NCBI GenBank assembly: GCA_951406725.2
Contig: OX597816.1
Span: forward strand, 106,640,001 to 106,704,000
Direction: 5' to 3'
Source of the DNA: Octopus vulgaris
Taxonomy: Eukaryota
Length of the DNA stretch: 64,000 nucleotides
Below, piece after piece: positions 51,818-64,000 of the stretch. The notes beneath the pieces were generated by a model that was not told where the DNA came from, did no database searches, and was given only the letters and a program-made list of their open reading frames with translations. Made by a program: the position numbers and the translations under genes. The stretch's first letter is position 1, and each line of letters begins with the position of its first letter.

Positions 51818-53834
51818 GGACACACACGTACAATGGGCTTCCACACGCTTTCCGTCTACCAAATTCAGTCACAAGGTGTAAATAAATTATCACCATGCGA
51901 AACACAGAGTTGATGTATAGATTATCTGCTTACATGAAGGCAACAACTTGCAATTTTATAATGAATTCAGTTATACGAAAATGTTTCCGTCGATGTCATT
52001 TTATCAATCAATCAAAACACCCTTTATTGTGACAACAAAGTAGTTTTAGCTTCTAGTAAATGAATGAACTCTACATGTTTTGAATTATCACAAACGGTTA
52101 CGTTTATACAAGCCAATACTCCACGACTATTCACGTCAATCTTACATCATGGGTAGAAAGTACTCCGCTTGGATAATTTGTCCTTGAAACATTATATGAA
52201 TAAAATTTTTAGTGCTGTCGCAAAGAAACTTTGGATTATAGAGATATACATGATATGCATACATACATCTATATACATAGTAAACTAGTATGCGTGCATA
52301 CACGTGCATGTATGCCCGTGTGTATTATTTATACTAACTGTTCTGTTGCGTTCTATTTATAATGACGGAAAATACGTTTACTTAAACGTATTACAATGAT
52401 AATAAATAAAGTTAAAACAGAGAAAAACTGCGTTAATTTTTAAAAGGAGTATATTTACATGTTGCAACAGACTTTGCGTTGAACTTAGGTGTTTCTGTAT
52501 GTTAGCGGTAGAACGACAAAGGACGTCACAATCAGACTTATATTAACAAAAATTAGTAACATGAAAAAAATTAATATATAAAAGTATTGAAGTCCCCCAA
52601 AGAAAAGAGCAGATGCAATAGAAACGCAATAAGTTCAGAAACGCATGTGTTCAACACAAAATATATTACAAGTCAATATTCGATTTGAAAATAACACACA
52701 CACACACATATCACCCAAATAAGATTGCAGTTATCTCATTTTGCGTGCCACGAAATATATAAATGCACAACGGCATTTATTATAAACGTGATCACGTCTA
52801 TATATTTTTTTCAAATGCTTGGGTATATCACATCAAGAAAGCACAAAGCACACGCATACAGAGCTTGTCACAATGCTTTTTCAATTTACGACCACCGAGC
52901 ACAGTTTGAAAGCTGACATCTGATATTACAAATCCACCATCGAATCATCATTGCAGGAATATTTCATTTCCTTTACACCCACCCCACTTCATTCAACTTA
53001 ATATTTTCTTGTTTTCTTTCATTTTCTTGATTCCGTTTTGCAAATTCACTGCCTGCCAGTCAGTTTACCATTGTGCAAATTTCGCCTCCACCCATTTTTG
53101 CTAAAATATGTTTGTATGTAACAACTTCAACAGCATTTTTTCTTTTACATATTTCATTGAGATTCATTTACTTTATGTTTTTGATGGCACAATTTCCTTG
53201 GATTCTTCCTCCCACCACCCTATCTTTCTCATATATACATACATGTATATATATTTATATATACACACATGCATATGTGCGCGTGCGTGATTATCCATGA
53301 ATTCGAATATGTGCATGAGAGTGTGTGTATGTGTGAGTGAGTGAGTGAGAGAGAGAGAGAGAGAGAGAAGGTGAGAGAGAGTTTGTAAATATCAAATAAT
53401 TCTTACAAATATAAATTTGACCAGAGGGAGAAATTTCTTCCAATTTCTCTTTTATAAGTTACCAAATCAAGATTGCAAAGAATTCACACGAGAGATATAA
53501 AGCAACACTGAAAAGATACACTATCATCAGCACCAACATCATAACCGTCATCAGCAACGTCACAACCAACAGCAGCACAACCTTCACCAACAGCATCTCC
53601 ACCAACACCAACACCACAACAACAATGATGTCCTTTCTCTTCGTCTCTCCTCATTCTCTCTAGACATCTGTTTCTTCCTCAATTTCATTCATATTATTTC
53701 TTCTTTTATAGCTTTGTAAACATATCTTCTTTCTCTCTCCTTCTGTCACTCATATATTCATGAGAGTATGCTATATGCATTTATATATATATATATATAT
53801 ATACAGATATAAATATATGTATAAATGTTTATGC

Positions 53835-53889
<55 letters not shown>

Positions 53890-54050
53890 CATGTATAGAC
53901 ACACATACACATACAAATAATATCAAATATATACAGGCATTACTCCATTTCTCACAGCCTTCTCTCATTGTCTGCTTATTCATTTATTCCGAGCTCCCAT
54001 CTCAATGTCGGTTCTATAATATAGATAAGCATATATGTTTGTTGCATTTC

Positions 54051-54094
<44 letters not shown>

Positions 54095-55344
54095 CATGTA
54101 TACAAACATATCATACGTACTACACACACCATGGATCCAATGTCTTGTTGACGTAATTCCATTTTAAGAAATTTTCAGTGTAGCCAATAAATTATCAACG
54201 CTATATACGTTTATTGTTCACGATCTTTAATGTATATATTTCTATTCTTCTGTGTTTTTTTATAGTCTTTCATTGTTGTGTCGTTATTGATGCTGTTAAT
54301 AATAGCATTAAGCTAATTCAAAATTTCCCGTATTCAAACATCATATAATTTAAAAGAGTAAAACTTTCTCTCTCTATTCATATACATTTGAATAACAAGC
54401 TATTGGATAACCGGAAGTAGTTAATGTTTACTCATCAGTATATTCTGGTCTCTTTTAAATTTGGCGCGAAAATGATGAAAAAGTACTCAATACAGGGAAG
54501 TAGGAAGAAGTAAGATTTATTCAAAGTCGAATCTAAGGTGAGTCGCTCTGAAGTCCCGAGTTCGTGCTTCAACACAGCGGGCTTCCTCGCCGTTTCCGTC
54601 TACGAGGTTCACTCACAAAGTTTTGGCCGAGTCGAAGCGATAGGCATTAGGATCTATCTAACATGGAATGATTTCGAAGCGAACTTCTTATTCATATGAC
54701 TGAATAATTAAGAAGTTCGTCTCACAATCACATATCCCAGGTTCGATCTCACTGTGCGGTATCTTACGGAAATGTCATTGTATTGCAAAGACTAATTATT
54801 ATTTATTATAAATTATTATATAATAATAATTTATTACTATTACTTGCCAGGTTAGTGATTTGATCTGAGACCGTGTGTTGAAACTAAAATGGGTGCAACC
54901 CGGAAGGCACATTTTAACCATTCGAAAACACTCAAAGACTTCACTTAAACATTTGTAGTTAGTTATTTGGTATCAAAACCTTCGTCTCGTGCATTGCGAT
55001 CTGGTCACTGACAACATTACACTGCAGTTGACAGGACGAAAATGTTGACACCAAATAACAAATGATAAATGTGTAAGTTAACAGTCATTGTGTGTTGTTT
55101 TGAGTGGCTGATATGTGTCTTCTACGCTGCAATTGTTTATTATTTATCCTTATTGGAAAAAGATAAAATCCCGAAAAAACATAAAGGAATAAAGAAAAAG
55201 AAAAAAGAAAAAGGTTTAGGCAGCAAGTCAGTAGCAGAAAAACTAGAGCAATATTTAGTCGTATCCATCCAATTATGTCAAATGCTGGTGTCCATATACT
55301 TGACATCAAGAGCGAAAGAATACATAATCGACTGTTCCTTCTCT

Positions 55345-55520
55345 CAAAATGTATGGCATGACAAAATGCTTAGCGGTATTTCTTTCGGCTCTTTATGTTC
55401 GGAGTTGAAATTCCGCCGAGGTCGTCTTTGCCTTTCATCTTTTCAGAGTCGATAAAATAAGAGTCGATGTATTCGTCTTTCCTACTTCCCTCAAAATTGT
55501 TGGCCTTGAACCAAAATGAG
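55345..55520 (+). mobile_element. SINE family B copy
   Basis: AAATGCTTAGCGGTATTTC..AATTCCGCCGAGGTCG..GTCGATAAAATAAG. Confidence 0.75.
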
Positions 55521-55829
55521 AAAGAATCATTATTATGGTACGAATAAACGGACATGCTGTGAACATACACTTTTAGATTAGGAGGAAGACTGACTGGGGA
55601 GGGTGCCTGTCAGAATCATTAAGGTGACTGTGCTTTTGAGGTGTTTCTGGGGATAGCCCTCAGGGCTCTCCCCCTTAGGAGAATTTTTCGTTGAAATTTT
55701 CGTTGCCTTGTTGTAGTACTGTGAACACACACAGACCCTTCCGAGATTTTTTCTGCTTTACACACAGCATCAACTCTTCCATCAAATGAAAAAAGATAGA
55801 AAATCCAATTCATTGAAGATTGGGTTGCC

Positions 55830-57000
55830 GACCACCACCGTCATTCCTTTCTTCGTCCTTACTGAAACCCACTTTCATAATTTGGAAGCTGAAGTAAAAG
55901 TGAGGAATTTTACCATTCGCAAGGACCATATTGGCAGAAGAAAGGGAGGAGTTCCCATTTTCCTACACAACTCATTTACTGCAGATACAAATATTTCATT
56001 CTCCAATCTGTAAATCAGTATCTATATATAACAAAACCTATGATTTAATTATAATTAGGTTCTTCAGGTCAACCCAAGCACCTCTTCTGTGCTTCAAAGA
56101 GTGCCTTCAAAATATTAAGTTTATTCTATCCATTATTTAATGATAGGTGATTTCAATTTCTTTTCTGTTGAATGATCTGCTCATACCTTGTAAACAGGTA
56201 TGTGCATTTCAACCACAGGCAAATTAGCATTGGAATCACTTTTTAACTTCGTGGACAATTTCTGTGTATCGCAACTCGTGTTCGTGCCAACGAGGTTTAA
56301 TAAAAGTACATTCGACTTAGTGTAAAGTAAACACGCTAACACTACCCACAATATTGCAGCGAAAACAAACGAACAAACGACATTTTTCTTTCTAACCATG
56401 ACATGGTTCTCTGTAGCATGAGATTCCGGCAGCCAAAGGTGATACTTAAGAATCTCACTCCAGTACACTGTTTTCACTTGCTGAATCTTCACATTGCTAC
56501 CTGGAGTGCAATCACTCATTATCTTCCACTCGTTGATTGGTCTTTCACACACTCTCACCCCAACCAACATCAATACATCCTGAAGTTATTTGTGGATACT
56601 GTTATAAATATATGTTCATACCACAACCCACTATGGTCCATGAACAAAACGAAACACAAGCTACCTCGAAATAGAAAAACACTTAAAAGGAAAATTTTTT
56701 AAATGCTTTAAAGCAATCAACCGACTGGAATATTGCCATCGGCAATACCCTCAATTGCCAGATATAGCTTTGCTCGAATCCAGAAATTATAATCTTCAAA
56801 ATTGCATTAAGATTGTCATCGATAATCAAAGAACAGCACAGAAGAACTGGACCTTTGAAAAATAAAACTCAATTCCGAAAAGTGTTTTTTTTTTTTCATT
56901 CGCCATAAATGCAAGGTTATTGTTTTATCTGTTAAACCTCTGACTGATGAAAACAGTGATGCAGACGGCATAGGTGAGATTCTGCAGAAAGAATATTTAC
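55830..57000 (+). mobile_element. CR1-like LINE ORF2 N-terminal (AP endonuclease) remnant
   Basis: LTETH..RKD..RKGGV, IGDFNF, SQLVFVPTR..FDLV, LSNHDMV. Confidence 0.75.
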
Positions 57001-57140
57001 ACACACACACAGACACACACACACACACACATATATAGAATGTGTCCAATCAATTCCCAGTATGGAACAAGGACGTTAAATGATGACGGCAACGATGATG
57101 ATGATGATGATGATACATATATTGCATATGTATATATAGA

Positions 57141-58383
57141 CATGACTGAAGTAAACAGGACATCCCATAACACATCGTTTATGCTTATTTTAACTTGAAA
57201 AGGTTTATATTTTTTCATTAATTGACATATTTATGTTTCAGGTTCTATATGTGACTGTTTAATCATGCCACATAGAAAAGAAGGCTTCGAACTGTCTGTC
57301 TGAATTTCAAAAAGGCCGTATTGTGAGTCAATCTGAAGGTGGACCTAATCAGAGTAAAATCGCAGGAAACCGTGGGATCCCACTTTCTACAATTAATAGA
57401 GTGATTGTGCAATTCACCAAGGTGGGCAGAGTGTCTGCATTACCTCGCCTAGATCGACCAGGGCCCGCTGACAGGACCTTTTGTTTTGTTAAGAGAAGTG
57501 TGGAGGATAATCCTCGTTGCAAGGCCTCTGACATAGCATAACAAGTTGATGTCAATCTCAGAACAGCTGTCAGGTATCTCCACAAACTTGGTTACTATGG
57601 CAGAACAGCAAGAAGGAAGCCATTTCTTCGACCAGGCAATATTAAGTGAAGAAAAGATTGGGCCAATGAGATGATGGAGAGATCACTGACGTTGTGACAC
57701 TGTCATATTCTCTGATGAGTCCAAATTTGCTGTATTTTCTGACAGTGATCGGATGTGTGTCTGGAGACTCTGTGATCAAAAATTTCACGCGAAAAGATTG
57801 CAGCCAATAATGAAACACGACCGCTATTCTGTGATGGTTATGGGCGCAATTTGGAGCAATGGTCGATCAGAGATGGTGGAGAGTGAGGGAAACATAAACT
57901 CCGATAAATATATTTCCATATTATAGAAAGAACTCCTGCCAATCTTCTCCAGTGGTGAAATGATTAAAGAAGACTATTTATGGAAGATGGAGCTTTTTGT
58001 CACAACGGCTAAAACGACCCAAGGTTGGTTGTAAGAGAGTGGCATTAACATGTTTCCATGGCCAAGCCAGTTACCAGATATGAACCCTGTTGGATACCGC
58101 TGGGTCATCATAATGAACATAACATTTCATAAGAAGAACAACAAAGCATACTCAAAGTCAGATCTTTTGAGATTACTGCATGAAACTTGGCAAGAAATTC
58201 CTCGAGAGAATATTCTTCATCCGATCAGTAGCATGTCTAATAGGATCCATGCATTGAAAAATGTAAAGGGCATGTCCTCTAATATGAGATGTTCATATAA
58301 TAGTTAGTAAATAATTTGAATGTATAATTTCAGGTTTAAATTAATTTTAAGGAATATGAGGGTATCTATTTATTTCTGTTGTG
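57141..58383 (+). mobile_element. Tc1-family DNA transposon with pseudogenised transposase (about 57264-58290)
   Basis: [54 protein letters not shown]; stops and frameshifts; weak TIR match between 57141-57169 and 58355-58383. Confidence 0.88.
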
Positions 58384-58940
58384 TGTGTGTGTGTGTGTGT
58401 ATAATATAGAAAGATATACATATATGTGTCAAGTCACTTGTGAGGTTTCTCATGAGTACTAGCAGTAATATCGAGTCCAGTAGAACTTGTTTCATTGTCG
58501 GGTCGTCGGCGACTAGACCGGTACCCCCACTAGGTTGCCCGGTGAGGAGGGTTGGCAGAGACACAGCAGAACTAGAAAACAAAACCTGTCAAAAGGACGG
58601 ATGAACCTTGTGTAATTTCAAATACTATCAAGCAATATTACAAGCCTTCAGAAATTCCGGTTTGGTGCCCAGCGTGCTGGAAGTGAGGCAGTCTTTAGAA
58701 CTCGCTTCAAACTCAGGCCACGTCTGCTACGTTCATCGGTGGTGACTTGGACAGCGTATCCTCTGCGACGGTCGACTAACGACTGAAAGATGAGCTGCTA
58801 TGGATTACACTATCCCAATGTGTGTACACATGTGACCGGGGACCACATGTGAACTTGTATTCCCACTGAAACTCTGAACACATCGGAGCCGGCTCAAGTC
58901 ACTCCAAGTGAAAACAGCTGCAAGTAATATATACATAATT

Positions 58941-58995
<55 letters not shown>

Positions 58996-59141
58996 TACAC
59001 AAACACACATACAAACGCGCACGCACGCACATATACTTATGGATATCCATATATACACATTATACATGTATGCGTATATGATGAGTGTATGTGCTGATAC
59101 ACACATATACGTACATACACACTCACATTCATGTTTGTTCA

Positions 59142-59185
<44 letters not shown>

Positions 59186-59887
59186 CAAACATGAATATAT
59201 ATATATATATACATACATACACATCTATAAAGATTGAGAAGAGAGCAAGAGAAACTCTATTCATATATATAGAGAGTTCAAAGATTTCAATGGAGGTGCA
59301 AGTTGGAGGGAATGTTGTTACACTTGGATGAATAGATGAATTGACGACGACGATGATGACGATGACGATGACAGAGGCAGCGATGATGATGATGACGACG
59401 ACAGAGGCAGCGATGATGATGATGACGACTTGCAGTAGGCGAAATTTGTTAGCATGAAAGCATGAAAGCAGCTTATATAGTCTTGGATTGGTATTTTATG
59501 CCATTGTACGCTCCTCTGAAGAGAAAGGCCGCTGGGAAATAAACTTCCGGTGACGTCCATTGAACTAGTATGGCTGCAGATATATTAGGTGGCCGCGCTC
59601 TTTTCATGTTGCAAATAGGAAAGGCGAGGTTTTTGTAATGGACCCAGTCACAGTCGACACTTCAAATAGGCATATGGAAAATAACACAGAATAGAAGTGT
59701 GTGTATGTGTGTGTGTGTGTTTCTGCGGTTGTGCGCACAATGTGGGTGTAAAAGTTGTATTCATATATTTACGTGTGTGTGTGTGGATATATAGACATGT
59801 TTTAAAATGTGTGCATGTACTAAAATATTCAAGTCTAATCAAACGTTTTCAATTTTATATATCAAATGTTTTTGACTATGTGTAATG

Positions 59888-59938
<51 letters not shown>

Positions 59939-60526
59939 CATACATACATACATACATACATCTCTGTGTTTGTACACACACAATGTAATATATAAAATAT
60001 ATACACGTGCGCATGTGACTGTGGTATATATGTTTTGTTTGTTATTTTTCATTTATGTATAATTTAAAGATGAAAAGGTATGTAAATGCATGCTTGTATG
60101 TGTTACAATATTAAAAAGAAACAAATTGAAAGATTGAAATGACATTTATTCACACACATAAGCGCATGCACATATAAACACAGAAACACATGCACTCTAC
60201 AAATATGTAGAAACACCACAAAAGATTAAATGAAACACACACACACATACACACGAGTTAATTACTAAAGAAGCTGTGAATAAGCTTATATGTGTACTTA
60301 AATATGTTTCAAGCCGCTAACAGTTGTGTTTTGTTTGTTTGTTTTAAGTGTTTCCACTCAGTGTTTGAGCTTGATTTTTGAGAGACGTAAATGAAGAGTG
60401 AGAGGGGTAGGAAGGGAGAGAGAGAGAGAGAGAGACGGCCAGGTTCAAGGAAGAGCAAGAACTAAATACTAGGGAAAGATAAAAGGACGAAGCATGTGTG
60501 TATAAAGTTGATGATAGAGAACAAAT

Positions 60527-60562
<36 letters not shown>

Positions 60563-61038
60563 TATCGAGCCAATTACAGAGACGCAAACATTATAGGCGA
60601 AGTAGAGGGGAATTATGCGAGGGACTGAGTGAGAAAAGAGAAAGAGAAAAAGAACTGAGAGAGGAAAATGAAAGTAGAGAGCCAATACGGAATGAGGAAG
60701 AGGAGAGCAACACACACACAAAAAAAAACGCAAAAGAGAGATACAAATAAATAGATAGATAAGAGAAGAAAATCAGAGGAGAAACTCGAATGAAAGTGAG
60801 AATGAAGAATAATAGGAAGCGAAATGTAAAAGTAAAATAGAGAAGGTGCGAGAGAGGTGGATAGAAAGCAAGTATGAGAAGTGAATAATGTAAGAAATTA
60901 AGCGATAAAAAAAGGAAAGAAAGAATAGAAAAGATAGACAAACCGATATATAACACACACACACACACATAAGATAGCTACATAGATGGATAGATATAAA
61001 GATAAACAGATAAAAGATGAGAGATAGACAGATAAAGA

Positions 61039-61120
<82 letters not shown>

Positions 61121-61573
61121 TTCGTTAGGGAGAGAGTGGGATGAACGAGAAGAGAACAGTAGAAAGAGGTACCTAGAAAAAGAAAGACGAGCAGAGCAAT
61201 AGAGATTAGGGGGATAAGGGAGAGAAGAGGCAAAAACAACATGGAAATGTTATAATTGCAAAACGGAAGAGTGAAAGATAGAGGGTGAGAGAGAAAAGGA
61301 GAGAAAAACAATTATAGAGAGGGTGGGAGGTAAAGGGGGAGAACAGGGTGGTAAGGATATATATTACAGGAGCGGTTTTTAGTACAACAAATATGAAAAC
61401 GCAACAACTTTGAACTTATCTTTTGATATATATACATACAGACATACATATATATTATATATATTTACACACATACATACGGATGTAACGCAACTTCTCT
61501 GAAGTCTTTTAGCTTCAAAGGCAGTTATGTGTGTGTTTATGTATGTTTATATATATATATATGTGTGTTTATG

Positions 61574-61620
<47 letters not shown>

Positions 61621-61702
61621 TCAACATATATATTATATAGCCTCTGAAAACGCGTCGTTTTTATGTTAAGGCCATACATGTTATATGTGCATGTATGTTT
61701 AC

Positions 61703-61751
<49 letters not shown>

Positions 61752-61804
61752 TACATACACATGAACATACACATTCATATAATGCATATTACAAGCACAT
61801 ACAC

Positions 61805-61835
<31 letters not shown>

Positions 61836-62018
61836 TATATATACACATATATATATACATATATGTTATGTGTGTAACATATAAGTAACCGGAATTGCTC
61901 ACATGCGTGTGTTCATGAAGTGATATCCGATTATGTTATGATGGATGATTTTACGGTGTATCCGTATGCAAAGAAGCCGTATGTTCATGTATATAAATGC
62001 ATAAATATCAATTCTTGT

Positions 62019-62058
<40 letters not shown>

Positions 62059-62686
62059 GATAGTATGTACACTTATGCCTCGAACGTTTGTAGTCAAAGC
62101 TTTTCCTTAAGTAATTTCATTTAACTGAACACGTTTATACTAATATATATGTAATGTATGTATACAAACATGTGTGTATGTATACATACAATTTGTGAAG
62201 TTTTAACATTCGATGTTATATATTGAAGGTTAAACCGATGATTACTTTCACGTGTGCTGTATGTTGCTTTTTTTAAGTTTATTTTGATATGAATAACAAG
62301 TCCGCATCCTTTTCAGTTAGTTTTCTGTGTGTGTGTAAATGAAACACATACGTGTACAACATTCTTTTTCGACTGACTTATGCACTTAATAATGCAAGGA
62401 GCCATTATAGCGCATTATTAGAAATAATTTCGCACAAGAATATGGTGTTGCACCCATGCAGAAAAATGCGAGTGAATCGTTAAACTCTTAATATTTTAAA
62501 TTCGGAGTTGGTGATTTTATCAGTCACATTATTCCCACGATCTTTTGGTGCAAGCGTCACCAACATGACACCATCGATTCCATCAGATTGTGGGGTAGAG
62601 AATGCTTACAAAAACATTTTGAAAACTTAGAAATGTTAATAAGGAAGCAGGAACTCAAACTCGTGTCTTCCGACACACACACACAC

Positions 62687-62725
<39 letters not shown>

Positions 62726-63613
62726 TATGGACACTCACATATATATACACGCATACACACATATTTATATACATATTGTTATATTTCGGGACGGTCATTT
62801 TTTTTTTGCCAAATAAACACACACACACTCAACCATACATATATAATGTGTCTATGTACCTGATTATATCTATTGTCTACCAATATACACGCACACAAAA
62901 CAATATAGACATACACAAGTATATATTTGCCGGATATGATATATATATATATTGGTTTTGTGTTTATGTTTTCGTTTCTCATTGTGTTCGACGTTTTTTT
63001 GGTGTCCTGTAGCCATATATGCATGTATATATACATATAGATGTAGGTACGTACATATATGTATGTATATATGCATGTTTTATTTATTATTTTGTTATTA
63101 TATATATATATATATATAAATATATATACACACACACACACACAAATATATTTATGTACGTATTATGTTTGTTTTTGTATATGTGCGTTGGATTGTGTTC
63201 TGTAAATATGGCAGTTGCATGACAACTGTGGAGCAGGCACTTAATTAGAGAGGTCTTCAAACGAAGCTAATACAAGCAAGCTTCTATGGTTTTTAGCGAT
63301 GTTGTTGGCTGGTTAGTTGGTCGGTTTGCTCTTTGGCAAATTTAACTGCTTATTTTGTTTGGGTTTCAATACTGTGGCTTTTTAGTTTCGCAGTTTTCAA
63401 TGTCACATGTTGGGTTTTATTAAATCTTATTTTAGCGTGCACATCATTCGTTTATTTTGACTACACAGCTTTAACAAAAACTCATACACGCAGATACAGA
63501 CGACGAGCGCGCGTATGCCTATCTGCTTATCTATATAAGTGTCTTTCTATCAAAGTATTTATTCAAACACAAACACAAATACACACAGTGTATGATCTGT
63601 GTAGGCATGTGTG

Positions 63614-63679
<66 letters not shown>

Positions 63680-64000
63680 GGGATATCAAAAGTGGGGTCT
63701 GAATTCAAATCATGAAGAGAAATCTGAATGACGATGATGAGGGCAGATTCTTCGTGTCCGATATCTTGGAGAAGAGTGAAACGCCCTCAGGTGGCTATGT
63801 AAACTGAGTCTTGACGCTGTTGGGCTTTTCTTTCTGCCTGCAGTTAGTAGTTTTAAAGTGAAAGTCGGTCAATGTAATCTGATCCCACCTGGAGGTCTGA
63901 TCACAGTGGCTCAGCAGACTGAGATATCTAAGGACTAGCAAGTTGTAGGTTTTATATTGGAGTAGTCTTCACCTAGGTGAATTGCCTTACGGGGCTAGAG

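Overview
Eukaryotic, AT-rich, repeat-saturated animal DNA. The SINE families and microsatellite density suggest an octopus or related coleoid cephalopod (inference). Only one host coding exon is recognisable: minus-strand 16562-17132, encoding a signal peptide plus four TNFR cysteine-rich domains (p75NTR/TNFRSF16-like). Its TM and death-domain exons were not found in the window. The rest is decayed LINEs (RTE, CR1, HERO-type, Tx1-like, I/jockey-like), two Penelope-like remnants with hammerhead-like motifs, a dead Tc1 transposase, several MITEs (hAT, Tigger-like, and a Merlin-like foldback carrying telomere-type repeats), three tRNA-derived SINE families and many microsatellites. Most ORF-track entries are microsatellite or SINE artefacts. 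I cannot show a new multi-gene system. The best leads are a possible secreted or circular TNFR decoy product, a telomere-repeat-carrying foldback family, and the PLE ribozyme motifs. Boundaries of degenerate repeats are approximate and family assignments were made by eye.
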